Assembly: GCF_009914755.1 (NCBI RefSeq)
Contig: NC_060925.1
Source of the DNA: the human T2T-CHM13v2.0 reference genome, Homo sapiens
Direction: 5' to 3' (one strand)
DNA: 64,000 nt
A model generated the notes under the pieces. That model did not search any database. It was not told where the DNA came from and was given only the letters and a program-made list of their open reading frames with translations. How positions within the stretch are numbered: position 1 is the stretch's first letter; the number at the start of each line of letters is the position of its first letter. Positions 1 through 16,309 of the stretch are shown piece after piece. A program made the position numbers and the translations under genes.

Positions 1-227
1 TTTCAACTTAATTTTATTACTGCAGAGGTGAGAAAGGTTCTTGTAACCTAAAGCTAAAAGCTGTATTTCCTCCACTCTCTTGCAGTTGGGTTTAGAGGTG
101 TGAACCAAGTTTAGTAAGTGGAGAGACAAGGCGTGGGGCATCTCCTTTTCTGGTATACAACATTGCAGAGAGAGACAGAGGTTCTACAGTTTGCATCTGA
201 AATAGCAGTATACTATTTAGTGCTATG

Positions 228-1137
228 CAGTGGTGGGAAGAATTCTAAGATGACCTCTAAGATCTCCTTTCCCTGGTGTACACACCGTATCCCAGTTATT
301 GAATAAGACACTAATCTAGGTGCTGCTGTGAAGCATGTTGCAGAAGTAATTGAAGTCCTTCTTCAGTTGCCTTTAAGTTATGGATATTATCCTGTGTAAG
401 CCTGACATGATAATCAGGTGAGTCCCTAAAAGAAGTCAGAGAGACACTCTCCTGCTGACCTTGAAGGAACAAACTGCCTTGTTGTGGCAGGGAATGGCAG
501 GGAGCCTCTAGAGCTGAGAACAGCTCAGGTTGACAGCCAGCAATCAAGCAGGAGCCTCAACCCTACAACTGCAAGGAGCTGAACTCTGCCAACAGCCAGG
601 GAGCTTGGAAGAGGACCTCGAGCCACAGATGAGATTATTGTCCCAGATGACTCCTTGATTTCAGCCTGGTGAGACCCTGACCAGAGAACCCAGTTGAGCT
701 GTGCCTTGACTTGACAAATGGGTGTTGTTTTAAGCCACTAAGTTTGTGATACTTTGTTACATAGCGTTTTAGTCTGCTAAAGCTGCGATAACAAAATATC
801 TTAGCCTGGGTAACTTATAGACAACAGAAATTTATTTCTCACAGTTCTGGAGACTGGTAAATCCAAATCAAGGTACTGGGAACATTTGGTGAGGGCCTGA
901 ATCCTAAAGGATGGCACCTTCTCACTGCATCCTTACATGGTAGAAGGAGCCAACTAGCTCTCTGGGGTCTCTTTTATAAGGGCACTAGTCCCATTCATGC
1001 AGGGAGAGCCTTCATGAGTTAATCACCTCCCAGAAGCCTTCTCATACCATCACATTGAGGATAAAGTTTCAATATATAAATTTTGAAGAGATTAAAAACA
1101 TTCAAACCATAGTAAATAGCAACAGAAAACTAATACA
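228..1137 (+). mobile_element. MaLR LTR (MLT1E-like), interrupted near its 3' end
   Basis: Starts gtggtgggaagaattctaagatg; contains aagccactaagtttgtg...; resumes at 1115 with agaaaactaataca. Confidence 0.75.
765..1114 (-). mobile_element. MaLR LTR (MST/MLT1A-like) nested in the preceding LTR
   Basis: ttagtc...gctgcgataacaaaata...agaaatttatttctcacagttctggag...aaacattcaaaccatagta. Confidence 0.75.
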
Positions 1138-1819
1138 GGCAGCATTGCAGTTTGGCTGGTAGCTTCTTGATTGTCACAATGCAGAGTGATTCTAGAGTCA
1201 AAAAACGTAGCACAAAAGATTCCTGATTCTGCAATTTCTAGACCATGGCAGAGGCTGGAGGTCCAATGGCAGCAAGTTTGTGGTGCATTTTGTAGTCATT
1301 CCTAAACTAGCCTAGAGTTTTTTTCAAGCACTCAATAGCAACAACAGGTTCTGTTTTCTGCATTTGACTAGTAGAGTTTTGTTTGAACCCACAAGTCAGA
1401 CTCAGCACCAAGACCTAAAGTTTAACAGAAGGGCTATTGTTTCCTACAGCTGGCAAAGAAATTCATCCCAAACCAATTTTCCTTGATGCTTGATCCCATC
1501 TTGGGGCAAATGTATCTATGTAATTATGAACTGAAAGATCTGTACCATTAAAGACTTATTCTTCAGAGCACAAGCCACTTCGCTGTAGGAAACTGTCTCA
1601 GAATAGCAAAACAGAGAGTATTCTAGCTTTCTTCACATCAGCTATTGATGACCACGTGATCAATGAATTCAGTGACACAAAGACACTGACAGGGTTCTAC
1701 TGAATTCAGCCAACAACCAATGATCTTGGAAGAGGGCATCAGGTGGGTAATAGGTATAAAGTGAAACTTCCAGAAGGACCCGGTCATTCTCCCTCTACAT
1801 ACAGATAAGTACTAGTTGC

Positions 1820-1821
<2 letters not shown>

Positions 1822-1870
<49 letters not shown>
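1822..1870. repeat. (AT)n microsatellite
   Basis: Perfect AT dinucleotide run of ~49 bp. Confidence 0.98.
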
Positions 1871-1871
<1 letters not shown>

Positions 1872-2446
1872 TCTTAAGAATTTTCAAGAATATTTAGAGA
1901 ATAGAGTCCTCATCAAAGATTTAGATGGTGTCAAAGACCTCAAACAGAGATGGGTCAGACCTCTTTGATCCTTCTGGGCTGGCTCAAAATGAGGCAGAAA
2001 GGTACATACAGGTTCTGGTACCTGATGGAAGATTGATGAGTGGAACCTGCACATGAAGGCTCTATGTGTTATTAATCTTGTTTACTAAGGATAAAGTGTG
2101 TAAAATACATGGATGAGCATCTGGCGTATGGTAAGTTTTCAGTAAATATTAGGTTTTTAAAAAATCCTTTTTACGAAAGTAACTATGTACATGTAAAACT
2201 TTGCTAAATTTTGTAAATAATTACAATAAAATATGTGGTTTCTACTTTCAATGAGTTTCTAAACCAACAGATAAACATTTAAAATGGTTATTTCCTAAAT
2301 AGTTAATGAATTAAAGAGAGACAGAAAACGCAAACAAAAAAGTAACACCTTTTGTTTTAAAGAGATCTTCTTACTAAGACAATGGGATATTGATTTTAAA
2401 AAGAAAGATCTACTGCTATAATATGATTACATTACTTGGAACATAA

Positions 2447-2741
<295 letters not shown>

Positions 2742-4106
2742 GAACATAATTTTTTTTATATTGCAACACCAAACAATAGCACATAGTATGGTAGCAAATG
2801 GAAAGTGAAATGGGTGATCGAGCATAATCAAGAAAATAATTTAAACCATAGGAATGGTGAAGTAGATAGAGCTACACATTCAGTTTTATATTTGAATTCT
2901 TTCAACTTTGCAAAATTTCTCTCAAATATATTTAGACACAAGGTGTCAGCACAACCTTGAGCTCAGTTAATTCTCATCAGAATATCCAGATAATCAGGTA
3001 AGGAAGATTTGATCTAAAGATGGCAATGTAGCTTTGTTTCTCTCTTGTACTAGGCGTTCTGCTTGGTTATTTAGTACTGATGATTTTTAAATCCTCTAAT
3101 ATAAACTCCAAGGGGTGCTCAAACATAATATTAAGGCAAAGCACAAAACCACAGGAAAGCAATAAAATGTATCTAATGGGATTATGTAATAAATCATATA
3201 GATTTTACGTAAGCAATTTATATGGCAATAAACCCCTAATATGATTATGAAAAATGTGTAAAGTTTACTGTTGTTTGTTTCATGCCTAATTAGAGGTCAT
3301 GCATCTCAGACTATTAACAATAGAATGCCATTTCTACAAATACATGTAATCATTAACATGTACCTGCTCAGGCTCAAGCAGAATCCAATAAACTGTTTCC
3401 ACTGTTAATGAATATATTTTCTAGATTTCCACTTCTTATCACAGGTGTTTCATTTATTTGTGTTCCTCCACTAACTGACTTTCAAAATACTACTCTGTCC
3501 ACAGTGCTTGGGAATAAATCAGGACATTACATAACGATAAAAGGGTCAATTCACCCAAAAGACATAATAGTCCTAAATGTGTATGCACTCAAAGCTGAAT
3601 CTTTCTTCCTCGGTTTTTTCATAAATTTGCTAGATCTGAGTATGTACATCTTTAAGCCTTCTGACAAATTATGCTATAATGCCCTCCAGAAAGGTTACAC
3701 TAATTTGTACCCCAGCCAGGATATGTGAAAAAAGCCTCCTCTCTTCATTTTCACCAAAACCAGATGACCATTCCATCTAAAATAGTTTTTAGATGTGGTT
3801 TTGCTTCTTTCCTATTTCTCCTACTAATGGCAACTATAAAAGCACAGGGATTTTAAAAAATATAAATTTTCATACCTGCTTTCAATAACAAATGAGTTAT
3901 GATGCTATTTATATGTAAACCTAGTGCTTCAAAATGCTTAAGAATGGTTCAAAGGCTTTATTTGAAATTTGATATGGAATGGTCATTTTACACAAACCTG
4001 TGTGTATGTGTATGTGTACGTGTGTGTGAGACAGTGCCAAGATAAGTAAATTCTCCTCTAGTAACATTTGTATACATCTTTATCACTAAATTGTCACATT
4101 ATCGTT

Positions 4107-4393
4107 ATTTTTTTGATACAAGTCTTGCTCTGCTGCTTAGCCCGGAGGGCAGTGGTACACTCACAGCTCGCTGCAGCCTCGACCTCCCAGGCTCAAGGGA
4201 TCCTCTCACCTCAGCCTGTCAAATAGCTAAGACTACAGGCATGCACCACCATGCCTGGCTAATTATTTTTTTTATTTTTTGTAGATATGGGGTCTCCCTA
4301 TGTTGCCCAGGCTGGTCACAAACTCCTGGCCTCAAGAGATCCTTTGGCCTCTGAAAGTGCTGAGATTACGGGTGTGAGCCACTAAGCCTGGCC
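4107..4393 (-). mobile_element. Alu (AluJ-like)
   Basis: Diverged Alu consensus. Confidence 0.9.
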
Positions 4394-4694
4394 CATTTTT
4401 AATCAAGTTTTGCCTCATAGATTGTGACCCTCCTTAATGGCAGGGATTTTGTTTGGCATGTTTTTTACTATCAGGGGATTACAGAGTCTCGTATAATAAC
4501 CACTCAATAAATGTTTGGGGGAAGGAAGGCTGAGAGGAAGGAAGACATGAGGGAAGGAAATATAAACTTGGTCCTTATCCAAATAGCACAAATTCCAATT
4601 CACGTAATCATGTTAAAGATGGTTAACTGTATTCACTGTTTTTAAAAATTAATTTGTTGGCTTCTAAATCAATTGACTATATTAAAATTCTGAA

Positions 4695-4926
4695 GGCTGG
4701 GCATGGTAGCTCACTCCTGTAATCCCAGCACTTTGGGAGGCCAAAGAGTTTGAGACCAGCCTGGGCAACAAGGGAAAAATCCATCTCTACAAAAAAAAAA
4801 TACAAAAATCAGCAGGGCGTGGTTGTGCACCCCTGTAGTCCCAGCTACTCAGGAGTCTAAGGCAGAAGAATTGCTTGAACCCAGGAGGCGGAGGTTGCGG
4901 TGAGCTGAGATTGCACCTCTGTACTC
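4695..4926 (+). mobile_element. Alu with internal deletion and no 3' tail
   Basis: ggctgggcatggtagctcactcctgtaatcccagc...; ends at gtactc. Confidence 0.88.
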
Positions 4927-6938
4927 AAATATCCTCTTTTGTCGAAATTTTTTGTAAACTCCAGTGGATAGTCTGCATTTCATATTAGTGAAAGAGTTTG
5001 GGCTGGTCGACAATGCCAGAATGCTCTGTGTGAACAACTCAACCCATGTATAAGCGAGTTACATCTCTTTCTTTCCTGCTTAATTACAGAATTGGGTTTT
5101 ATTTTGTTAAAATGAAGGTAAATTTTTCATTACAATTAGAATTTTATATTTGTGAAAAACACTTGTAAAAGCGAATCTAATGAGGATTCCATTAGCCTGA
5201 AACTTCTATTTAAGCAGAACTTTGCTAGGCTGTTCACAGTAATGACTTTATAAAGTATGCAGTGTTTTGAAATGCATTCTGAATTATCAAGGATTTAATT
5301 ATATGTAATATAGGTTTAGACATTGTTTTCAAGTAATTTAAAAATTGATGGTGCATTAAGAATCAGCAATGGTTTTAGAGCTATTGTTGATTTTAGAGAT
5401 TATCAAATTCAAATGCATCGTTGTGCACATGAGAAAACTGAGGCCCCAGGCAGGTGGACTTATCCAGGGTCACATTAGTTAATGTCACAGTGGAGCTGGA
5501 ACCCAGGTCTACTGAATCCCAGCCAAACACCATATCCATTGATTGCACAGATTGACTAACAAACCCCTTCTTTTTTTTCTTTCAATTGACCTTAATTCCT
5601 CACTTAGAGAATAGAGTTTTTCTGTAATAATATAAAAAACAAAAATAGGTCAAATGGCCAGTTGCATAAAAGACATAGAGATCTGTCTCTATGATGAGGA
5701 AAAACTGAGTTAATTGCCTAAAGTCTGAATATTTTGAAATCAAGTCTTTCAGAATAAACTCTTCAGTCTAGGATCTGCCTTACCCTTTTATAGCTATAGG
5801 TTTGGCACAGTGCTGGCATCTGCTACCTACTTGTTAGCTAACAATGAAGAATGATAAGAATTAACAAGAAGCAACTTGGTCCTCATTCTTCCCGCCCTTC
5901 ATGATCAAGTTGAGCATCTTTATCTCATTAATATCTGACTGTGAAATCCCTTGACACCTGAAAAGACTGGCAATTTATTTATAAGGATATGGTACCTGAT
6001 TGTGAAGCTTTCTGCTGGCAGAGATTTTTCAAAGATTTATCTTTCTCCTGGAGTAAATATCATATTTTTAATTATTCATAGTGTTTCTCCTGTTTTACCA
6101 CAAGCTACCTCAGAGGACAGAAGTGCATTAAGACTCTTCTGTTACTATAAGAGTGTGAAGTGTGAATAGAATATATATTTTTTAGCATTTCATCATTATT
6201 CTGGGCAAACAAAATTAAACATGATTTGCAAGTGCTGCCGTCAGTAACAACAAAAGGTGTAAAGTGATGTAACAGAATTTATACTGTATGCACACCAGAA
6301 AACGTAAATGAAAAATGCTCATAGTTGATGTGGAAACTGAAAAGATATCATATTCTTAACAGCTATATTAGCGAGGTAAAAATGTGAGCATGCCTATAAA
6401 TATGACCAGAAAAGCTTTATTTAGATTTGTGCTAAAGGAATACTCCACAATTTTGAGAGTCTTCTATACAAGCTAAATTTGGTGAGCTGCCTTTTCTCAT
6501 ATTGAATCCTTAATAATTAGCCAAAGGAAGAGAAACTTTCCCCGTATTTTTAGGTTAGCTTAGGTTATTATCTTATAAGTGCTAATGTCAAAAGTGGCCC
6601 TATTGGCTTTTCTTTCAGGCTCGTTGAGATATAATTTGCACATAGTAGAATTCATCACTTTTAGTGTAAAATCCTATGAGTTTCAACGCATACAGTCATA
6701 ACCATCACTACAATCAGGATATGGAACAGCTTTCTCTACCCAAAAGTCTCATGCACCTTGGTTTTCAACTTCTTGCCCTGCTTTTAATCCCCAGTAGCCA
6801 TCAATCTTTTTTCTTTGGTTTTGCCTTTTTGAGAATGTCATATAAATGGAATAAAACAATATATAACTTTTTGGCTCTGGGTTCTTTCACTTTGCATAAT
6901 GTGTTTGTGATTCATCTATTTATGTTTATTAGTAAATC

Positions 6939-7231
6939 TTTTTTTTTTTTTTGAGACAGAATGTCACTCTGTCGCCAGTCTGTAGCACAGTGGCATGATC
7001 TCGGCTTACTGCAACCTCTGCCTCCCAGGTTCAAGAGATTCTGTTGCCTCAGTCTCCCGAGTAGCTGGGACTACAGTCGCGCACCACCATGCCCAGCTAA
7101 TTTTTGTATTTTTAGGGGAGATAGGGTTTCACCATGTTGGCTAGGATGATCTCGATCTCTTGACCTCGTGATCCGCCCACCTCAGCCTCCCAAAGTGCTG
7201 AGACTACAGGCATGAGCCACAGCGCCCAGCC
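6939..7231 (-). mobile_element. Alu (AluS-like)
   Basis: Alu consensus, poly-T, short TSD aatct. Confidence 0.93.
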
Positions 7232-7754
7232 AATCTGTTCCCTTTTATTGCTGAGTAGCATCCCCAGTTTATATACCCACTCAGCAACTGACAGGCATTG
7301 GTTTTGTTTCCAGTTTTTAGTGATTATAAATAAAACAACTAGAAACATTGATGTACAGTTTTCTGTGTTAACATAAGTTTTTATTTCTCTTGGATAAACA
7401 TCTAAGAGTGAGATTTTTGGGTTATATGGTAACTTATGTTTAACTTTATTAGAAAATTCCAACCTGTTTTCCAAAGGGGCTATAACATTTTGCATTCCCA
7501 CCAAATACATAAAACGTTAAGTTGCTTTGCATTTTCATCAGCACTTGATATGGAAAGTGGTTTTTGTTATTTTTTTAAAGTAAGCCATTCTAATAGATGC
7601 AGTGGTAACACATTATGATTTTAATTTGTATTTCCCTAATGTCCAATAATGCTTAGCATCTTTTAATGTGCTTATTTGCCATCTGTATATGATCTTTGGT
7701 GTAGTGTATGTTCAAATTTTTGCCATTTTCTTATTGGGTTATTTGTTTCTTTCT

Positions 7755-8047
<293 letters not shown>

Positions 8048-8262
8048 TATTTGTTTCTTTATTATTGAGGGTTTTTTAAAAGAATTATTTCGATATGTAA
8101 TGTGGTTACCAGTTCTTTAGGAGATATGTGTTTTGCAAATATTTAATTGCAGACTATGGCTTTCTTTTCCCTTTCTCAACAGTGTTTATGAAGAGCAGTG
8201 TTTTTAGTTTCTGTGAAGTTTTTTGCATATGAGTGTCCAATAGTTCTCATACCATTTCTTGA

Positions 8263-8705
<443 letters not shown>

Positions 8706-8865
8706 AATACCACACTGTCTTAATTGCTGTGACTTGACAGTAAGTTTTGAAGTCAGATAGTGTGAATCCTCTAACTTTGTTATGTTAGTCAATACCAAGT
8801 GGGGGGAAATGTGGGTAAAATGGAGAATGCATGACCAACCTATAAACATTCAAATTTAATCTTTA

Positions 8866-9175
<310 letters not shown>

Positions 9176-9189
9176 AGAAGGAAAAAGAA

Positions 9190-9511
9190 ATGTAATCCCC
9201 TTGTCTATGTCAGAGGAGGGGCCTGGGGGGTAGGTGATTGGATCATGGGGACAGGCTTCCCCCTTGCTGTTCTCATGTCAGTGAGTGAGTTCTCATGACA
9301 TCTGATGGTTTAAAAGTGTGGCACTTCCCTCTTCTCTCGCTCTTCTGCTGTCATGTAAGACATGCTTGGCTCCCCTTTGCCTTCCACCATGATTGTAGGT
9401 TTCCTGAGGCCTCCCCAGCCATGTGGAACTGTGAGTCAATTAAACCTCTTTCTTTATAAATTACCCAGTCTCAGGTAATTCTTTATAGCAGTGTGAAAAT
9501 AGACTAATACA
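9190..9511 (+). mobile_element. MaLR LTR (MSTA/THE1-like), 5' truncated
   Basis: gattggatcatgggg...ccttccaccatgattgta...gtgagtcaattaaacctctttc...gactaataca. Confidence 0.85.
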
Positions 9512-9659
9512 CAGAGGCACTTTACAAATGCCCTTTAAGAAAGAAATCATAGTTCCCCTAAAATTCCCTCCAACTTTATGAACCTCTCCATTGCTTACTA
9601 ATGCTTGCTTCCTTGAGGAAAAAGACTTTAAATTCACATTCAGATATGAGGTTTAAATG

Positions 9660-10750
9660 CAATGAGGCTGTTTCTTAAAAAGTTAAACATAAACTTACCA
9701 TATGACCCAGCATCCACTCCTGGATATTTATTCAAGAAAAATGAAAATATGTGCCCACACAAAGACTCACACACCAATGCTCATAGCAGCATTATTTGTA
9801 ATAGTCAAAAAGTGGAAGCAACCCAAATGTCCATCAACTATCATTTGTTTATCATTTGGACAGATGAAATGTGGTATATCCACAATAGAATACTATTCAG
9901 CAATTAAAGGAATGAGCAGAAACTGCTACAACATCTCAGGAATAATTGTGCTAAGTGAAAGGAGCCAGATACAAAATGTTACATACTGTATGATTTCATT
10001 TATCCTACAAAGACAAATCTAGGCCGGAAATGGTGGCTCGCGCCTGTAATCCCAGCACTTTTGGAGGCCCAGGCAGGTGGATTGCCCAGGAGTTTGAAAG
10101 TAGCCTGGGCAACATGGTAAAACTTGTCTCTACAAAAAAATAGAAAAATTAGCCAGGCGTGGTGGTATGCATCTGTAGTGTCCCAACTACTCAGGAGGCT
10201 GAGGTGGGAGGATTACCTGAACCCAGGCAGGTCAAGGCTGTAGTGAGCTGTGATCCTGTCTCTGTACTCCAGCTTGGGTGACAGAATGAGACCCTGAAGC
10301 AGGCAAGCAAGAGAGAGAGAGAGGGAGGGAGAGAAGGAGGGAGGGACACAGGGAGGAAGGAAGGAAAAGAAGGAAGGAAAAGAAGGAAGGAAGGAAGGAG
10401 AGAGAAAGGAGAAAGAAAGAAAAGAAAGAAAGAAAGAAAAAAGAAAAAGAAAGAGAAAGAAAAAGAAAGAAAAAAAGAAAGCAAAGAAGAAAGAAAGAAA
10501 GAAAAAAGAAAGAAAGAAAGAGAAAGAAAGATCTATAGAGACAAAAAGGTTAGTAGTTGTCCGGAGCTGAAGGTGGGAACATGAATATACTGTAAATCAG
10601 CATGAGGAAATTTATGGGGTTGAGGAAAGTATTCTAAAACTGGATTATGGGGATGGTTGTATAACTCAATAAACATGAAAAGTCATTGAACTGTATTCTT
10701 TAAATGGGTGAATTTTATGATATGTAAATTATACCTCAATAAAATTTTAA
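9660..10750 (+). mobile_element. Old L1 3' fragment interrupted by an Alu and a purine microsatellite
   Basis: ccatatgacccagca...atgctcatagcagcattatttgtaatag...ends tatacctcaataaaa. Confidence 0.82.
10022..10530 (+). mobile_element. AluJ-like (10022-10297) with expanded (GGAA/GAAA)n tail
   Basis: Alu consensus followed by ~230 bp of almost pure purines. Confidence 0.9.
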
Positions 10751-10964
10751 ACATTCAAGTTTCTGGTTGAGGTAACAGTGCAGTGTGAATGAATTTCACG
10801 TACACTACAATTATTCTCTCTCTAAACTAATATAAATGGTTAGTTATAGAGTTTACCCCCTAGGGCTCAGGGAGAAGACAAGGATAGCAGAAGGGACTGG
10901 AGTGAGTGTGGGAGGAAAATGGAGGGACAGAAGGGCAAGGCAGCCTTGCAGAGACATTAAGAAC

Positions 10965-11170
10965 TTGGATAGCCAGATCTTGGTTCCTATGCTGGCTCTA
11001 CCACTTACTAACAGGTCAAGTGAGCACATATTAATCTTCTTTTAATGTCTATTACCTCTCTGTGAAATGGTGTCTCTCATAGCACACTGTGAAAAAAACA
11101 GAGATAATTTATGTAAAGTACTTAGCATAGTGCCAGGGCCATAAAAATAATTTTAAGTGACCTATTATTA
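10965..11170 (+). mobile_element. MIR
   Basis: ggctctaccacttact...tgtgaaatgg...tatgtaaagtacttagcatagtgcc. Confidence 0.7.
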
Positions 11171-11594
11171 TTTAAAATAGCAGTTTTTTAAATAAAAGAC
11201 AAAACTGCAAGGTGCCACTAATTTGCATGGGTATTCCTTATTTACCCTCAACTGGGAAGAAAGAGATTGATCTTTATCCTTCACAACCCAAAGTGCAAGC
11301 CTAGATATTATCCAGAGTTTCCTTCAACCCATCCGGAGTTCCTCTGGGGCTATGATCTCACATGTACACCACTACTGTATAGCAGCGCATCCTTGAAATA
11401 ACTCCCTTAGAAAAAGACTCCATTTTACATTTCATCGGACACTTTGCCAACAAGAATAAGATGTTTTGCTTAATAAACAAATAACAAAGACTATATCCAA
11501 CCAGATAAGAAAGTAAACAAACATACTCTTCCGCTATCAGTCGTCACCAGGGGACTCTATGGTCATAAAAACTTACTGTCACTCATGATTTATT

Positions 11595-11921
<327 letters not shown>

Positions 11922-11972
11922 TTACAAGACCGACAGACCTCCCTGGCCCAGCCCATGAGATTCTTTTTGTTT

Positions 11973-12399
11973 TGTTAAAGCAAACTAAATATGGCCTGAG
12001 AAGACTCCGTATCTCTATATTTGAGTCCTTGCGGATGAACTGTAACCTAGCTTAATAGACAAAATTGAAAACCTAACTTAGGAGTATGTGCCTGTTAACA
12101 AGAGCTAAGTCTTGGCCAATCCCAGCGGCCATACTTCAACCATTCATTCACCGCTGAGTGTTCACGCTGTGTTCAAATAAGGCAAACGTCAAGCTGTAAC
12201 CAATCTAGCCATTCTATACCTCACTTCCAATTTCTGTATGTCATTTCCCTTTTTTTGTCTATTAATATTCTTCCACCACGTGGCCATGCTGGATTCTCTG
12301 TGAATCTGCTGTGATTCTGGGGGCTGCCTGATTCCTGAATTGTTCATTGCTCAATTAAACTCCTTTAAATTTAATTCGGCTGAAATTTTTCTTTTATCA
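11973..12399 (+). mobile_element. ERV1 solo LTR (MER57-like)
   Basis: TG...CA termini: tgttaaagcaaactaaatatggcctgag ... ctcaattaaactcctttaaatttaattcggctgaa..tttatca. Confidence 0.75.
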
Positions 12400-12502
12400 G
12401 CCTTCATCACTCTCCCTAGACTGGTACGTTAACCCTTTTTCCTATCTTTTCTCTTGATATTAGGAGTTACTTTGTTTGTAAAAGGTTACATCTATAACAT
12501 TT

Positions 12503-12631
12503 CTTTTTTTGGTAGAGACAGGGTTTCGCCATGTTGCCCAGGGTGGTCTCAAATTCCTGAGGTCAAGCAATCCACCCGCCTCAGCCTCCCAAAGTGCTGG
12601 GATTACAGACGTGGGCCATGGTGCCCAGCCA
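12503..12631 (-). mobile_element. Alu monomer (FLAM-like)
   Basis: Left-arm consensus only; TSD ctataacatttct. Confidence 0.88.
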
Positions 12632-13029
12632 AACCTATAACATTTCTATATTGATTCAGTGTACTACTATGTATGGTTTACAATACTGACTGGCTTGCAG
12701 AGTGTCTTGAGCCTGTGTGCCCGCAGCTCTGACTACTAGATGAATGAAAAATACTAAACAAAAATTGTCTTCTTAGAAACTGGTGACTTTTGTACTTAAA
12801 ATAACATCAATGAAAATCTAACATTATAAAAAGACAATGAAGGTGGGTAGACCTGGTTTCCCCTAATAAGGTAATGAGGCCTACCGTTAACCAACTAGAG
12901 AAGGCCTGCTGGGGCCTTTCTCAAGGATCTAGGGGTGTCTTCACCCTAGCCTTGCACCTCCAGAATCTTCCTCCTTCCCCTCCTCCATACGTCAGCTGTC
13001 TAAGTGCCATCCACTTCTCTCCAGGAACA

Positions 13030-13662
13030 GGGACATTAATCTATCACACTCCAAGAACCCCAAAATAAAAGCCTCAGAAGCAAGTTTTCCTTTGATCTTC
13101 TCTTGTCCTCTTGCCTTTCGGTTCCATTCTCCCCGAACCTAGCCATAAAGCTGGAATCCCTCTTCCCCAAGGCAGGTGGTAGAAACCAGAACCCCTCTTC
13201 CCCAAAGCTAGCCATAAAACCTAAATATATTACTCAGTTTCCCCTCCATCTTTCTATGTAAAGACTGACCACAAAGAAATTATCTGACCTACCTTGTTTG
13301 ACTATGGGTCATAAGACCCCATTCTAGAGAGGATCTGCCCCACACGCAGGAGGAGGAATGCCTGCTCAGGGAGATCAAGAAGAATCTAGACAGACAGGCC
13401 TTGTTGGGTTTCCCCAATCAGTCTATTAGCATTAGATCAGACCCTTTTTGTCCAATCATATTTCTACATGGCGGTTCATACTTTGTGAAATCTAAGCATA
13501 CCCATGGACAATTTCCTCTGTATCTTTGGGTCTTCAATCTGAAGACCCCCATGTATTCATGTTAAATAAATGTGTACACCTTTTCTCCTATTAATCAGTC
13601 TGCCTCATATCAGTAATTTTCAGTGCACCCCCCACCAGGGGACCAAGGCCTTGGCGCCTACA
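13030..13662 (+). mobile_element. ERV1 LTR (MER39-like)
   Basis: agaaattatctgacctaccttgtttgact...gtccaatcatatttctacatgg...aataaa...ccttggcgcctaca. Confidence 0.7.
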
Positions 13663-14988
13663 TCGCCAAGCCTTGGTTTTGATAAGTGAAGAGAAGGTTT
13701 GACATTTTCTCCCTCAACAAAGCCTGGCTTTCCAGACTGTTCTCTCATTCAGGATGCCAAAATAAAATAAAAATTGACAGTCAGAACTGAGCTAGAACCA
13801 GTTGTTCTAGCTGGTATCTACCATCTCTATAAAGCAATGAAATATTGATTCAGTGAGTGAAGGCAATGGAGCTTTAAGAAAAATCTTAAACTGCATTGGC
13901 TTAAATTTTTAAAAATTATTATATTTGTTACAAATGTACAAAAAATTAATTTTAAATAAGAATTAAGGAATTTTAAATTATTTCCCACTACTGGTAAGAG
14001 AGAAGAGAAAGACATTTTCATACATTGTGTTCACACGCTGCTTGTGTTTGCATAAATTTACTAAGTATACTCAAAGGACCAAGTAGATGTCTGCTTTAAC
14101 TTGTAACCTGCTCCTCTCTGCTCACCTCTACCTAACCCCCTCCTCTCTTTTCCTGAAAATTAAAAGAAGTGACAATAGAAAGCAATTTCCTCAACATGGA
14201 GAATTTTTGAGAAAGAAGAAATCAATGAGCTGTTTTCTCGTCTCTAAATAAGTTAGATTATAAACGGATTTGGACATGTCAAGGGCATAACTTTCTCTTT
14301 CCAACTATTATGTTTTGAGATTTAGGATAGCTTGTCTATTGCATTTATATCAATCAATATGTTGTTATGAAATTTAGAGATTCCTTTTAAAGTTGGCAAT
14401 CTTGGTAGTTTTTTTTTTACCTATTAATTCAGTGAATTTCTAACTTACTGTAAATGTTAATGCTTAAGGTCTTAAAGGTCTACATTTATATAGAATATCT
14501 TGATTCCAATTTTCTGTTGTTCTAGCAGAAGCTTTGCATTTGGAAAATGTTGCATTTCCATCTAGATCTACCCTACAGGCCTAGTGGAAGAAATTTTTTC
14601 CTGTCATACCTCTTACAATGAAATTTTAAGAAGCAAAAAAGGGGAGGCTTCTGATTAAATATGACAGATTGAATACACATGTTTGCCTCCATTTCCTTCC
14701 ACAACCTCACTAACATGAAAGTAAAAAGATTACCTAAAAGACGTAAACCCATAAAGGCAATGACGAAGAAAGAAGAGATGACAGTACAACATGATAGAAT
14801 TTATAGATGCATACATGAGTGGGAAGTTACTAGATAAGAGAAAGCTGAAACTTTAAGCTGACCGCAAGGCAAAGGGAGGTGGTCTAGAAACAAGACAATT
14901 GATTTTACGGAATCCAGAAAAGCTCAAAAATCAAAGGCATCACATATCTCAACGTGCTGATCAGGTGGGGCTAAAAACAGAAGGGCAG

Positions 14989-15491
<503 letters not shown>

Positions 15492-15701
15492 TCACTCCAA
15501 ATAATGACTACCCTTTTCCCACCCCAGTATAAGACTGGATTGCTCTCTGAAGAAGCTGCACCATAATGGCTCAGGTCATAGGACATCAGGAAGTGGAAGA
15601 AAGGGATATCATACTAAAAATGAAAATCTACATATGAAAAGTGAGAATCTCATTGCCCTTTTTGACATAGCTCCCAAGAATGCTGGCATGCAGGCTGATA
15701 C

Positions 15702-16309
15702 TAATATAGAAGTTAAAAATAAATTATTTAGGCAGATAGTGAGTGTACAGGAGTCCTCGGTAAGTCTTTTTTCTTAATTAAAAGCAGCCCCCAAACCATT
15801 TCTTTTCTAACAGAAACCTGCCTGAAAAGCCAAGCTGCAAGCATAAATAAGCAAGCTGGAAGCTTGCATAGACGAATACCAGCAGCTATACTAAAAGCCA
15901 GGTACACCTAATATGGCAATTCCCCCTCCCTTCTCTTGGTCACCATGCATGTGGGTGTCATGGTGCTGGCCACGTAAAAAACCCCATTTACATAATAAAA
16001 GATTAAGGTGGGATGGCCAGTTTCTTCTTGGGCTATGTAAATGGCACATCTGGTCAAACCAATCCCCTGGGCCCTATATAAATCAGATATCACCTCCTCA
16101 AGCCTCCCTATATAACCTACTGCTTCCTGCCAAGGGTGGGGTTTTCCATTCAGAGCCCTTCCTCTGCATAGGGGAGCTGTTGTCTTCTTTCCTGCCTATT
16201 AAACTTTCCGCTCGTTAACCCACTCTATGTGCGTGTGCCCGTGTCATTAATCCTCTCGGCACGAGATGATGAACCTCGGGTATTTCCCCAGACAACAAAG
16301 CTGCTTTGA
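15702..16309 (+). mobile_element. ERV1 solo LTR (MER50-like)
   Basis: gttaaaaataaattatttaggcagatagtgag...aagcaagctggaagcttgca...tatataa...attaaactttccgctc. Confidence 0.75.
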
